Notes: generated from the letters alone by a model not told the origin. A stretch of DNA of 64,000 nt from Felis catus (GCF_018350175.1 NC_058368.1:2294001-2358000), one strand, 5' to 3'. Shown: positions 1-13,584, counted from the first letter of the stretch. Translations and numbers: made by a program.

Positions 1-248
1 AAACAGCAGCATAGGAGGGACTCCGTCTCTCCATGTCTACACGAACATTTGGTATTATCAGAATCCTATTTTTCGCCAGTCTGATAAGTGTAAATTGATA
101 TCTTGTTGTTTTAATTTGTATTTCTCTGATTGCTAGTGAGCAAAGGTTTCTTTTTCAGTCACTCAGATCCATCTCCTACTTACTACTTCGTTTTCCTTTC
201 GTGAGTGACCCAAATCGGTATTAACTGCTTATTTTCCTACCAAGAGCC

Positions 249-249
<1 letters not shown>

Positions 250-316
<67 letters not shown>

Positions 317-352
317 TCATCCACCCATCCATCCATCCATCCATCCATCCAT
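250..352. repeat. Compound microsatellite (TTTC)n(CATC)n forming the tail of a short SINE
   Basis: Direct reading. Confidence 0.95.
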
Positions 353-449
353 TCATTTCATGTAAGCTCTACGCCCAACATGGGGCTTGAACTCATGACC
401 CCAAAATCAACAGTTGCATGTTGTACCAACTGAGCCATCCGAGAACCCC
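353..449 (-). mobile_element. Short CanSINE (tRNA-derived head)
   Basis: ggggcttgaactcatgacc...ctgagcca, the reverse complement of the CanSINE head. Confidence 0.8.
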
Positions 450-1024
450 TCATTTATCTACTTTTTTGTTGTTATATATATATATTCAATATTGTACTGA
501 CCCTTGGAGGTATTTTGGAAATATATAGATATTTTTCTTTTTTGGATCTTCTAGCAGAGTAGTGCCTGAACATATGCATATTGATTACATGTTATTTTAT
601 TATAAATTCTTTAAAACATTTGTTAGTGCTTTATGTTATTTTTTAAAAACCTGTGTGTCAGAAGGTTATATTACCTATGAATTTTATTTCAGGAGAGGAA
701 AAAGGACATTACAAAATATTTTTAAAAAATAGTGATGGTGGTAGGGAAGATATTGGGTCTCATCAGATTGAGAACCACTGATCTAGATATTAATCCCTTG
801 TTGACTTCTGACATTTCCAAATATGTTTTCTCAACTTACCATTGGCTAACCTGGTCTGTATTATACATTATGGTATCTTAAAAAAATAGATTGAGATATA
901 ATTCACATACCATATGGTTCAACCATGTAAAGGATAAACTTCAGCATTCATTGGTATATAACATGACTAATTTTTAAAAATTCTGTAAAATATATAACAA
1001 CATTTTCCATTTTAACCATTTATA

Positions 1025-1247
1025 ATGTTTATTTTTAAATTTGTTTTTGAGTGAGAGAGACAGAGAGAGAGAGAGAGCACAAGCTGGAGAGGGGCAGAGA
1101 GAGAGAGAGGGAGAGAGAGAATCCCAAGCAGTCTCCATGCTGTCAGTGAAGCGCCTGATGTGGGGCTCAAACTCACAAACCATGAGATCATGACCTGAGA
1201 CAAAACCAAGAATCAGATGCTTAGCCAGTTGACCCAGCCAGGTGCCC
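1025..1247 (-). mobile_element. CanSINE
   Basis: Consensus head ...ccaggtgccc, (GA)n linker, T-rich tail. Confidence 0.9.
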
Positions 1248-1264
1248 TATTTTAACCATTTGAA

Positions 1265-1298
1265 AAACAATTTTTTTTAATGTTTTATTTATTTTTGA

Positions 1299-1342
<44 letters not shown>

Positions 1343-1496
1343 GAACAGGGGAGGGGCAGAGAGAGGGAAGCACAGAATCCGAAGAAGGCTCCAGGCTGTC
1401 AGCAGAGAGCCTGACACAGGGCTTGAACTCACGAGCTGTGAGATCATGACCTGAGCTGAAGTCGGCCACTTAACCAGCTGAGCCACCCAGGTGCCC
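1265..1496 (-). mobile_element. CanSINE containing a (CA)n microsatellite (~1299-1334)
   Basis: Consensus SINE body. Confidence 0.92.
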
Positions 1497-2384
1497 TCCT
1501 AATTTATCCATTTTTAAGTATATAATTAGTGGCATTAATTACCTTCACAAATTTGTGCAACTATCATCACTATTTATTTCCAAAAATGTTCATCACCCAG
1601 ACTAAAATTCTGTACCCTTAAGCATTTCCCCATTCTCTTTCCTCCCCAACCCCTGGTGATATCTAATCCACTTTGTGTCTCTATGAAGTTGCCTATGAAG
1701 TATCTATGTAAGTGGAATCATACAATATTAGTCCTTCTGTGCCTCGTTTATTTTACTTAGCATGTTTTCAAGGTCATCCATGTAGCATGGCAGAGCCTCA
1801 CTTCTTTTTGTGGTTGAATAATACTCTGTTGTATGGATATACCATATTTGTTTTTTCATTCATCTGTTGATGGATACTTGAGTGTCTTTTGGCTAAGTAT
1901 ATAATGATGCATGAACAATAATGAATATTGTCATGCAAATATCTGTTTCAATTCCTAGGGGTGGAATTCTTGGATCGTATGATAACTCTACGTTTAGATT
2001 TTGGGGGAACCACCAAACTGTTTTTCATGAGTGGCTGCACCATTTTAAATTCCCACCAACAATGAATAAGTGTTCCCATTTCTCCACATTCTCACCAAAA
2101 CTTGGTATTTTCAGGTTTTGTTTTTTTTTGATAATAGGCATCTTAATGGGTGTGAATTGGTTTTGATTTGGTTCCCTAGTGGCTAATGATGTTTGGCATC
2201 TTTTCATGTGCTCAGTGGCCATTTGTATATCTTCTTTGGAGAATTGTCTACTCAAGTCCTTGGCATATTTTTTGAATCTGGTTGTTTTTGTTGTTGAGTT
2301 GTAGGTCTTTATATATTCTGGTTTTTAATCTCTTATCAAGTATATGATTTGTGAATATTTCTCCCATCCTATGGGTTATTTTCA

Positions 2385-2598
2385 TTTTTTTAACATTTTT
2401 ATTTAATTTTGAGAGACAGGGAGAGACAGAGCACAGGTGGAGGAGGGGCAGAGAGAGAGGGAGACACTCAATCCAAAGCAGGCCCCAGGCTCTGTGCTAT
2501 TGGCACAGAGCCGGACATTGGGCTCAAACCCATCAACTGTGAGATCATTAGCCCAGCCGAAGTCGGAAGCTCAACCTACTGAGCCACCCAGGCACCCC
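2385..2598 (-). mobile_element. CanSINE
   Basis: Consensus SINE body. Confidence 0.9.
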
Positions 2599-4299
2599 TC
2601 TTTTCATTTTCTTGATACTTTCCTTTGATAAATATATCTTTCTAATTTTGGTGGAGACTAATTTACCTAATTTTTCTTTTGTTGCTTGTGCTTTGGGTGT
2701 CATATCTAAGAAATTACTGCCAAATCCAATGTCATGAGCTTGTTCCCTATGTTTTCTTCTAAGAATTTTATAGTTTTAAAGTTCCTTGAGTTCCTTGGAT
2801 GTGTATATTCATGGCTTTCATTAGATTTGGGAAGTTTTCAGCTATTATTTCTTCAAATATGTTTTCTGCTCCTGCTTTTTTCTCTCTTCTGGGATACCTA
2901 TGCATACCTTGGTATGTTTAACAGTGTCCCACAGGTCCTTCAGACTGTTCATTTTTCTTCATTCTTTTTTATTTCCATTTCTGAGACCACATCATTTCAA
3001 ATGCATTGTCTTCAAGTTCACCCATTCTTTGTTTTGCCTGTTCAAGTCTGCTGCTGAGTCCCTCTAGTGATCTATTTTGGTCCTTTTCATAATTTCTCTT
3101 TATAGACATTCTTATTTTGTTCAGACATCAGTTTCCTGATTTCCTTTAGTCTTTGTCCATCGTTGCCTTTAGCTCATTGAACATATTTAAGACAGTTAAT
3201 TTAATGTCTTTGAGTATTAATTCCAGTATCTGGGATTCTTCAGGGATGATTTTTGTGAATTTTTTTTCCTGTGAAAAGATCATACCTGCTTGTTGCTTTT
3301 TATATTTTATGATTTTTTGTTGAAAACTCGATAGTCTATGTTATAGGAACTCTGCAAACCTAAATTCTTCCACTCCTCTGAGATTTTTTTTTCCTTTGGA
3401 TTAGATCCTCCACTTGTGGCTTTTCCAAACTATTTTTTGAAGTGTATACTTTTTGTTTTGTAGTCATCAAAGTTTCTTTTCCATTTTCTCTGCGGCTAGC
3501 CCTGACCTGACAAAGATTTCCTTACATGTCTGGCTCCTAAGAGTAAGGGGAAAAAAGTCTTGCCTCATTAAATTCCATGTGACTCAGAAGCTGCTCATAG
3601 GAAGTGGGCGTTGAAAAATGGCTGACCTCTGTGTTGGGCCTTCAGTGACCAAAGGCAGCAATCAGCCATCAACACGACGAACTTTTTGCCCCTCCTGGCT
3701 CTAGTAGGCCACACGAGGAATGTAGGCTGCTACGTCCACAGCTGCCTGCTGCTGGGATATGGGCTGGTACCTGCAACCTTGCAAAAGGCTCAGATTCACC
3801 AAAATTTGTCAGCCTCTTCCTTGAGCTCTCCCACAGATGCTGAACTTGAGTTCCACAATAGTAACTTTAGACAGTTCCCGCCAGCTCAGTAGTTGTTTAC
3901 GTGGAGAGACAGATTCTTGGGACTCCTACTCTGCCATCTTTCCTGACATCGTTCTCTATGTTATGTTTGTTTATATTCTTGAACTCCCTGACAGTAAACC
4001 TATTTCTGTCTCGGGAGGGAACTTCGCCTTTGTTTCTGTGTGCAGCACCTGTTCTGCCTTTCGACCAGATCAGAGCCCTGGCCAGATTCTCTCACTTGCC
4101 CTCCATGTCCAAGGCAGAGGCCAAACCAGAACTGTCTTGTAGTTCCGCTAAGACAGGCCCTGAGAGAGTGGTCTTCTTTTTCCTGTCCATCCTATAACAG
4201 AAAAGCTGAACTACCAGGAAAGGCCATGCACATATGGGGATATTACTCGTCTCATTTTTTTCTTCCTCCTTCCTTCCCTCCTTTTTCTTTCTGATTTCT

Positions 4300-5680
4300 C
4301 ACATATTTTTGAGCAACCACGATGTGCCAGCTCTTTGATGGATGCTGGGGAGATGGTCTTAAAAGAACCATAGATCCTTGTTCTTAATGAGCTGTTAGTT
4401 GAGTCCGAGAGGCAAGAGAAAAATTTCAGTATACTTGGTGAGGTTTGAAAGAGGTGGAAAAGATGTTGAGGGAGCTAAGAGAGGGACTTCCTAAATGAGT
4501 TTGAGGGAAAAGCTGGGAGAAAAACGAGTAACTTCACAAATGAAGTGGCACTTGAAGAAGTTAGCCAGGTGGGAACATCTTCAGCAGAAGCACCAAGTCC
4601 AAATACATGCAGAGTGAGAACACAGCCAGCTGGAGTGCTAACAAGTAATTTTGGTGTGAGGTGTGGGGTCCGGGGAGGGAGGGTTAGGAGATGAGGCCAG
4701 AAAGGTAGGTGGGGCGAGATCAGGTAGGAATTGAATTTTATTTTATTTAAAAAATTTTTTCTTTAACATTTATTTACTACTGAGAGACAGAGAGACAGAG
4801 CATGGGTAGGGGAGGGGCAGAGAGAGGAGGAGACACAGAATCTGAAGCAGGCTCCAGGCTCTGAGCTGTCAGCACAGAGCCCGGCGCCGCGGGGCTTGAA
4901 CTCACAAACCATGAGAGCATGACCTGAGTCGAAGTCGCGAAGATGCTTAACAGACTGACCCACCCAGGTGCCCCTTGAATTTTATTTTGTAGCGACTGTA
5001 GTGTCATAGGAATGGTAGTAGTGGAGTAATGTGATCAGATTTGTTTTTGAAAAATCAATCTGTTCTGAAGGCGGATTTGAAAGATGTTAACAACGGTAGT
5101 TTAACACATAATGAGGATGTACTCCCATGCATTTTACATATTATCTCATTTAATCCTCATAAGACACTACCACACTGGAATGATAATCATTTCCACCTTT
5201 TAGATGAGGACGGGGGCACTTAAAAGTTAAGTACTTTGCCAAAGGCTAGAAAGTTGGTAAGTGATGGAGATTTAAATCCAGTCTAACGTCAGTTTGGATG
5301 CTTAATCACTGTGCTTTTACTGGGGGTGGGGCCTGGAGGGTAACAGTTAGGATTCTATTGTGGCGATGTCAGTAATAACTAACTGCTCCAGGCCTCTACT
5401 AAGGCAGTGGCAATGGGGCTGGAAGGTGGAGAGCAAGTTTGGGAGATTTTGAGGAAGTAGAATTGACAGAACTTCATTCAATATGGAGGAAGAGGGAAGT
5501 AAGATTCTGGGACAACTCCCTGCTTCCTGGTTTGGTCACTGAAATAGAAATAGAGGAACTTGCTGAAATAGAGGAACACATGTGAAGAAGGTTTGGGAAA
5601 AGAGGGGGAGATGACCAGATCAATTTTGGACATGCTGAGTTGCACCAACCAAATGCAGACATCCTGAATGTAACTGGGCC
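4300..5680 (-). mobile_element. Ancient L2 fragments with a nested MIR (~5085-5320) and CanSINE
   Basis: L2 3'-like ttgagcaaccacgatgtgccag and ttttggacatgctgagtt; MIR core atctcatttaatcctca...tttagatgagga. Confidence 0.6.
4735..4974 (-). mobile_element. CanSINE
   Basis: Consensus body; TSD-like ttgaattttatttt on both sides. Confidence 0.92.
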
Positions 5681-6179
5681 AGGAATTCAGCGGAGGCAAC
5701 AGAAGCCAGAGGTGTTCATGAGATGGCAGTGGACGAGAAGACAGGTGGAGGCAGGGCTCAGGAAGGAACAACCACCCCCCTCCCTGCCTTCGAGAAGCAG
5801 AGAAATACAAGCTAACCACCAAAATAGTAGGAGACTTAATGATCATTTATTCCACATAATCACAGTAAAGGAAGGCCTGAAAATTCAGCTCAGATTAGGA
5901 AGTGCAGCTGCTTTCAAGGTGACTGTCTCCAGACTCCTACGAGGAGACACTGGGAGATCTAATTTGCTTATTTGATACAGATATTTTATCCATATTCTTT
6001 TCAAATGGGATCGAGTTGTTTGCAGCAATCATAGACAGTGATAATGAACTATTCATTTTCAGACTTTTTGCTTAGAACACTTTTTGTCTTAGAAAAATTG
6101 AAAACTGTATCCTCAATTCCTGAAAACTCTTGGTTTAAGAAAGTTTGTTGCAGTTCTCCAAAATTGCTTTATTTCTTAA

Positions 6180-6383
6180 ACATTTTTTAAAATGTTTATT
6201 TTTTTTGAGAGGCAGAGAGAGACAGTGCAAGCTCTGAAAATTTCAGAGTGTGAAATCTGAAACAGGCTCCAGGCTCTTAGCTGTCAGCACAGAGCCTGAT
6301 GCGGGGCTCAAACTCACAAACCAGGAGATCACGACCTGAGCCGAAGTGGGACGCTCAAACCGACTGAGCCACCCAGGCCCCCC
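6180..6383 (-). mobile_element. CanSINE with an internal replacement
   Basis: Consensus body lacking the ggggaggggcagaga segment. Confidence 0.9.
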
Positions 6384-7641
6384 TAACATTGCTCTATTTT
6401 TAAACAATCAATTTGTAATGGTATATTTAAATTTTTTTGCTTTTTTAGAAATAAACATTCGACTGTGTTCCATAAGTGACCATTTGTCTTAATTCACCAT
6501 TTTATGCTCACCAACCTCGTAGGTCCTCGTTTGCACCGTTATTGGCTGACAGACGTTAAAACCCTTCCTTCCCTCCTTTCTCTTCCACTCTTTGCCTTTC
6601 TCTTCTGTCTTTTTCTCCTCTTTCCTTCCTTTGTTTAACCAATATTTGTTGGATGCCTTCTGTGTCAGGTAGTCAGCTAGATTATATAAAGATGACAAAG
6701 CCCCTGTTCCTGCTCGTAATTTTAACAGTTTAGTAGGCACAAACTTGATATGTAGACAGCAACTTGAGGTCTAAAGCTTCACCAGGAGGACAGGAGAGGG
6801 AAAAGCATTGCCGTCAGGAGAAGTTGGGGCGTGTGTAAAGGCGTGGGGGTAGGGAAACGTGACAATGAAAAGCACGTGGCCTGTGTGGGGAAAGGCCAAG
6901 GGTTTTATAGGGTGGGAGCAGGGTAGTCATGGGATGGTGTGGAAAGTAGCCAGGGGGGTCAGCACCAGGGGAGGGGCTGGAAAAGTTGAGACTCTGAAGA
7001 CACCAGAAACTATCCTAGTTTTTGGTTTTTATACCCCCAAGTACAAGTGAGCAGATAGGAGAGAGTCAGACAGTATTTTCGTGGCTAACAGAGGAAATGA
7101 TGGCGGATGCACATTCTCCATTTGTACCGTTTCTCCTTTCTCTTGGTTTGGTTCTACAATAGAGAAATACAAGAATTAGTTATTTCTAAAATGAGAACAA
7201 GTTTGTTTCCTAATCAGCAGCAAAATAAGTGTTTTTTTATAATAATTGGACAAAAAGTTTTCACCCCTTGTCATTCTCAAGCATTAAATCACACGAGTCT
7301 CCCACTTAGCAGGCTGGCGTATTTCAAGGCCTTACCATTTGACAGCTGGAAAGGGAGGGGTTTCTCTTGTCCCATTAATCAGTCAGTTATCAGTGTAAGC
7401 TCATGGATTATTTATTTATTTTTAATATAATTTATTGTCAAATTGGCTTCCATACAACACCCAGTGCTCGTCCCAACAAGTGCCCTCCTCAATGCCCATC
7501 ACCCACCCCGCCCTCCGTCCCACCCCCCATCCACCCTCAGTTTGTTCTCCGTATTTAAGAGTCTCTTATGGTTTGCCTCCCTCTCTCTCTGTTTGTAACT
7601 TTTTTTCCCTTCCCCTCCCCCATGGACTTCTGTTAAGTTTC

Positions 7642-10600
7642 TCAGGATCCACATATGAGTGAAAACATATGGCATCTGTCTTTCTCTGACTGACTTATTT
7701 CACTCAGCATAATACCCTCCAGTTCCATCCACGTTGCTGCAAATGGCCACATTTCATTCTTTCTCATTGCCAAGTAGTATTCCATTGTATGTATAAGCCA
7801 CAACTTCTTTATCCATTCGTCCGTTGACGGACATTTAGGCTCTTTCCATAATTTGGCTATTGTTGAAAGTGCTTCTGTAAACATTGGGGTGCATGTGCCC
7901 CTATGCATCAGCACTCCTGTATCCCTTGGGTAAATTCCTAGCAGTGCTATTGCTGGGTCATAGGGTAGATCTATTTTTAATTTTTTGAGGACCTCCACAC
8001 TGTTTTCCAGAGTGGCTGCACCAGTTTGCATTCCCACCAACAGCGCAAGAGGGTTCCCATTTCTCCACATCCTCGCCAGCATCTATAGTCTCCTGATTTG
8101 TTCATTTTAGCCATTCTGGCCAGCATGAAGTGGTATCTCAGTGCAGTTTTGATTTGTATTTCCCTGATGAGGAGTGACGTTGAGCATCAGTTCATGTGTC
8201 AGTTGGCCATCTGGATGTCTTCTTTAGAAAAGTGTCTATTCATATCTTCTCTCCATTTCCTCACTGGATTGTTTTTCGGGTGTGGAGTTTGGTGAGTTCT
8301 TTATAGATTTTGGATACTAGCCCTTTGTCCGATGTGTCATTTGCAAATATCTTTTCCCATTCTGTCGGTTGCCTTTTAGCTTTGCTGATCATTTCCTTTG
8401 CAGTGCAGAAGCTTTTTATCTTTGGTGAGGTCCTGATAGCTCAGTTTTGCTTTTAATTCCCTTGCCTTTGGAGATGTGTCCAGTAAGAAATTGCTGCGGC
8501 TGAGGTCAGAGAGGTTTTTTCCTGCTTTCTCCTCTAGGGTTTTGATGGTTTCCTGTCTTACATTCAGGTCCTTTGTCCATTTTGAGTTTGTTTTTGTGAA
8601 TGGTGTAAGAAAGTGGTCTAGTTTCAACCTTCTGCACGTTGCTGTCCAGTTCTCCCAGCACCATTTGCTAAAGAGACTGTCTCTTTTCCATTGGATATTC
8701 TTTCCTGCTTTGTCAAAGATTAGTTGGCCATACATTTGTGGGTCTAGTTCTGGGGTTTCTATTCTATTCCATTGGTCTATGTGTCTGTTTTTGTGCCAAT
8801 ACCATGCTGTCTTGATGATTACAGCTTTGTAGTAGAGGCTAAAGTCTGGGATTGTGATGCCTCCTGCTTTGGTCTTCTTCTTCAAAATTACTTTGGCTAT
8901 TCGGGGTCTTTTGTGGTTCCATACAAATTTTAGGATTGCTTGTTCTAGCTTTGACAAGAATGCTGGTGCAATTTTGATTGCATTGAATGTGGAGATTGCT
9001 TTGGGTAGTATTGTTAATACTTTGTTAAGTATTTTAATAATATTTATTCTTCCAATCCATGAGCATGGAATGTTTTTCCATCTCTTTGTATCTTCAATTT
9101 CCTTCATAACCATTATATAGTTTTCAGCCTACAGATCTTTTACATCTTTGGTTAGGTTTATTCCTAGGTATTTTATGATTCTTGGTGCAATTTTGAATGG
9201 GATCAGTTTCTTTATTTGTCTTTCTGTTGCTTCATTATTAGTTTATAAAAATGCAACTGATTTCTGTACATTAATTTTGTATCCTGCAACTTTGCTGAAT
9301 TCATGTTTCAGTTCTAGCAGCCTTTTGGTGGAGTCTATTGGGTTTTCCAGGTATAATATCATGTCATCTGCAAAAAGAGAAAGCTTGACTTCATCTTTGC
9401 CAATTTTGATGCCTTTGATTTCCTTTTGTTGTCTGATTGCTGATGCTAGAACTTCCAACGCTATGTTAAACACCGTGGTGAGAGTGGACATCCCTGTTGT
9501 GTTCCTCATCTCAGGGGGAAACTCTCAGTTTTTTCCCATTGAGGATGATGTTAGCTGTGGGCTTTTCATAAATGGCTTTTATGATGTTTAAGTATGCTCC
9601 TTCTATCCTAATTTTCTCAAGGGTTTTTATTAAGAAAGAATGCTGAATTTTGTCAAATGCTTTTTCTGCATCGATTGACAGGATCATATGGTTCTTATCC
9701 TTTTATTACTGTGATGTATCACATTGATTGATTTCCGAATGTTGAACCAGCCCTGCAGCCCACGAATGAATCCCACTTGATCATGGTGAACAATTCTTTT
9801 TATAAGCTGTTGAATTAGATTTGCTAGTATCTTGTTGAGAATTTTTGCATCCATATTCATCAGGGATATTGGCCTGTAGTTCTTTTTTTGCTCAGTCTCT
9901 GTCTGGTTTGGGAATCAAAGTAATGCTGGCTGCATAGAATGAGTCTGGAAGTTTTCCTTCCCTTTCTATTTTTTGGAACAGCTTGAGAAAGATAGATATT
10001 ACCTCTGCTTTAAACGTCTGGTAGAACTCCCCTGGGAAGCCATCTGGTCCTGGACTCTTATTTGTTGGGAGACTTTTGATAACTGATTCAATTTCTTCAC
10101 TGGTTATGAGTGTGTTCAAATTTTCTGTTTCTTCCTGTTTGAGTTTTGGAAGTGTGTAGGTGCTTAGGAATTTGTCCATTTCTTCCAGGTTATCCAGTTT
10201 GTTGGCATAAAATTTTTCGTAGTATTCCTTGATAATTGCTCATATTCCTGAGGCATTGGTTGTAATAATTCCCTTTTCATTCCTGATTTTATCTATTTGG
10301 GTCCTCTCCCTTTTCTTTTTGAGAAGCCTGGCTAGAGGTCTATCAATTTTGTTTATTGTTTCAAAAAACCAACTCTTGGTTTCATTGATCTGTTCTACTG
10401 GTTTTTTTTTTTTTATTCTATATTGTTTATTTCTGCTCTGATCTTTATTATTTCTCTTCTTCTGCTGGGCTTGGGTTGTCTTTGCTGTTCTGCTTCTAGT
10501 ACCTTTAGGTGTGCTGTTAGATTTTGTATTTGGATTTTTTCTTGTTTCTTGAGATAGGCCTGGATTGCAATGTATTTTCTTCTCAGGACTGCCTTCGCTG

Positions 10601-11460
10601 CATCCCAAAGCATTCGGATTGTTGTATTTTCATTTTCATTTGTTTCCATATATCTTTCAATTTCTTCTCTAATTTCCTGGTTGACCCGTTCATTCTTTAG
10701 TAGGGTGTTCTTTAACCTCCATGCTTTTGGAGGTTTTCTAGACTTTTTCCTATGGTTGATTTCAAGTTTCATAGCATTGCGATCTGAAAGTGTGCATGGT
10801 ATGATCTCAATTCTTTTATCCTTATGAAGGGCTGTTTTGTGACCCAGTATGTGATCTATCTTGGAGAATGTTCCATGTGCACTCGAGAAGAAAGTATAGT
10901 CTGTTGCTTTGGGATGCAGAGTTCTAAATACATCTGTCAAGTCCATCTGATCCAATGTATCATTTAGGGCCGTTGTTTCTTTATTGACCATGTGTCTAGA
11001 TGATCTATCCATTTCTGTAAGTGGAGTGTTAAAGTCCCCTGCATTACCACATTCTTATCAATAAGGTTGCTTATGTTTGTAATTGTTTTATATATTTGGG
11101 GGCTCCCATATTCGGTACATAGGCATTTATAATTGTTAGCTCTTCCTGATGGATAGACCCTGTAATTATTATATAATGCCCTTCTTCATTTCTTGTTACA
11201 GCCTTTAATTTAAAGTCTAGTTTGTCTGATATAAGTATGGCTACTCCAGCTTTCTTTTGACTTCCAGTAGCATGATAGATAGTTCTCCATCCCCTCACTT
11301 TCAATCTGAAGGTGTCCTCAGGTCTAAAATGAGTCTCTTGTGGACAGCAAATAGATGGGCCTTGTTTTTTTATCCATTGTGATACCCTATGTCTTTTGGT
11401 TGGAGCATTTAGTCCGTTTACATTCAGTGTTATTATTGAAAGATATGGGTTTAGAGTCAT
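7642..11460 (-). pseudogene. L1 ORF2 (endonuclease/reverse transcriptase), frameshifted
   Basis: Starts MTLNPYLSIITLNVNGLNAP (ATG 11458-11460), RT motif FADD, ends HMFSLICGS-stop; split over several frames. Confidence 0.93.
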
Positions 11461-11529
11461 TGTGATGTCTGTAGGTTTCATGCTTGTAGTGATATCTCTG
11501 GTACTTTGTGGTCCTTGCAACATTTCACT

Positions 11530-12649
11530 CACAAATCCCCCTTAGGATCTCTTGTAGGACTGGTTTAGTGGTGATGAATCCGTTCAGTTTTTGTTTGGAA
11601 AAACCTTTATCTCTCCTCTATTCTGAATGACAGACTTACTGGATAAAGGATTCTCGGCTGCATATTTTTTCTGTTCATCACATGGAAGATTTGCTGCCAT
11701 TCCTTTCTGGCCTGCCAAGTTTCAGTAGATAGGTCTGCCACTAGTCTTACGGGTCTCCCTTTGTAGGTTAGAGCCTGTTTATCCCTAGCTGCTTTCAGAA
11801 TTTTCTCTTTATCCTTGTATTTTGCCAGTTTCACTATGATATGTTGTACAGAAGATCGATTCAAGTTACATCTGAAGGGAGTTCTCTGTGCCTCTTGGGT
11901 TTTTTTTTTTTTAATTTTTTTTTCAACGTTTATTTATTTTTGGGACAGAGAGAGACAGAGCATGAACGGGGGAGGGGCAGAGAGAGAGGGAGACACAGAA
12001 TCGGAAACAGGCTCCAGGCTCCAAGCCATCAGCCCAGAGCCCGACGCGGGGCTCGAACTCACGGACCGCGAGATCGTGACCTGGCTGAAGTCGGACGCTT
12101 AACCGACTGCGCCACCCAGGCGCCCCTGTGCCTCTTGGATTTCAATGCCTATTTCCTTCCCCAGATCAGGGAAGTTCTCAGCTATGATTTGCTCAAGTAC
12201 ACCTTCAGCCCCTTTCTCTCTCTCTTACTCTTCTGGAATTCCTATTATACGGATATTGTTGTGTTTGCATCACTTAGCTCTCTGATTCTCCCCTCATACT
12301 CCTGGATTTTTTTCCTCTTTTTCTCAGCTTCCTCTTTTTCCATAATTTTATCTTCTACCTCACATATTCTGCCCTCTGCCTCTTCAATCTGTGCTGTGGC
12401 CGCCTCCATTTTATTTTGCACCTCATTTATAGAATTTTTTAATTCATCATGATTATTTTTTAGTCCCTTGATCTCTGCAGCAATAGATTCTCTGCTGTCC
12501 TCTATGTTTTTTTCAAGCCCAGCAATTAATTTTATGACTATTATTCTAAATTCTTGTTCCATTATATTGCTTAAATTGGTTTTGATCTACTCGTTAGCTA
12601 TTGCTACTTCCTGGAGTTTCTTTTGAGGAGAATTCTCCCGTTCCGTCCT
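11530..12649 (-). pseudogene. L1 ORF1 (coiled-coil RNA-binding protein), disrupted by frameshifts and a SINE
   Basis: EQEFRIIVIKLIAGLEK coiled coil and HIIVKLAKYKDKEKILKAAR; the expected start codon appears mutated (AGG at ~12647-12649). Confidence 0.88.
11899..12126 (-). mobile_element. Young SINEC_Fc-type SINE inserted in L1 ORF1
   Basis: CpG-intact consensus; TSD tgtgcctcttgg at 11887-11898 and 12127-12138. Confidence 0.96.
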
Positions 12650-13019
12650 TTTGGCTAGTTTTCTGTCCCTCATGTGTTTTAAACGCTTGTTGTGTGCTCT
12701 GCACCTGCAGCACTGCTGTATTAAAGGAGGGTCATGCACTGTCCAGGACCTGGCCCTTCAGCAGGTGTTTTTTCGGGGATTGTTACTTGCTCTCTGTTGT
12801 GAGTTTATTTTATTACCCTACTCGTAGTGACAGTTTGGACCCTCCACCAGGTGTGCTTTGATTTGTTCCTTGGAGTAGCCCTGGAAAGGAAAACAGATAG
12901 ACAAACAGGAGACAAAAACACGCAAACACATAAATGACACAAAGAAAAACAAAAACCTAAAGACTAAAACCAAAAACCCAAAAAACACCGACTACAAGTA
13001 GTTATTTATTATTACTACT

Positions 13020-13420
13020 ATTTTTAAAACTTTTTTTTTGTTTGTTTAAATTTAGAGAGAGACAGAAGGAGAAATGGAGGGGTGAGGCAGAGACAGGGAG
13101 AGAGAGACTCTTCAGCAGGCTCTGCACTCGGCTTGGAGCCCGACTTGGGGCTCAATTTCATGAGAGTGAGATTAGGACCCAAGCTGAAATCGAGTTGAAC
13201 ACTTAACTGAGTCACCCAGGCACCCCGAAACATGTTTCAAAGATTCGCAATATTCTTATTTAAGTAGCTTACTTTTAAAATACAATTTTCCTGCGTTCGG
13301 CTCTGTGCTCACAGCTCGGAGCCTGGAGCCTGCTTCACATTCTGTGTCTCCCTCTCTCTCTACCCCTCCCCTGCTCATGCTGTCTCTCAAAAACAAATAC
13401 ACATTAAAAAATTTTTTTTA
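13020..13420. mobile_element. Two older CanSINEs (13020-13226 minus; ~13292-13420 plus, 5'-truncated)
   Basis: Consensus SINE motifs. Confidence 0.85.
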
Positions 13421-13584
13421 AAGTAATTTTCACTTATTGTGTTTAAAAATGCCATTTTACTTACAACGGCATTTTGTATTTAATGCCAATTTTTAGTGCC
13501 ATTTTAAACATTTACCCACAACCCAATATATGCCATGAGACCCCGATCTTGTGTTCAAGATTCTCCCAAAAACACTATAGTTTG

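Larger units (their letters stand above)
888..3950 (-). mobile_element. Old fragmented L1 (L1MA/MB-like 3' UTR and ORF2 end, then ORF1/5'-like sequence), interrupted by SINEs
   Basis: ORF 2025..2255 resembles the L1 ORF2 C-terminus (FSKEDIQMA...GGNLKWCSH); L1 3' UTR motifs at 890-1900; ORF1-like gggaagttttcagctattatttcttcaaata near 2830. Confidence 0.75.
7408..13000 (-). mobile_element. Near-full-length felid/carnivore LINE-1, 5' UTR truncated, both ORFs disrupted
   Basis: Tail ~7408-7435, 3' UTR, ORF2 fragments (7642..8082, 8376..9113, 9243..9509 with LFADDMILY, 9892..10179, 10413..11012, 11071..11532), ORF1 fragments (11607..11864, 12245..12562), partial 5' UTR. Confidence 0.97.

Noticed and set aside
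7060..7400. Unique intergenic stretch with NR5A-like (tcaaggcct) and TALE/E-box (tgacagctg) motifs
   Set aside because: Isolated short motifs are expected by chance; no supporting evidence from sequence alone
7642..12649. Potentially active LINE-1
   Set aside because: Multiple frameshifts and stops in both ORFs, a SINE in ORF1, and a truncated 5' UTR
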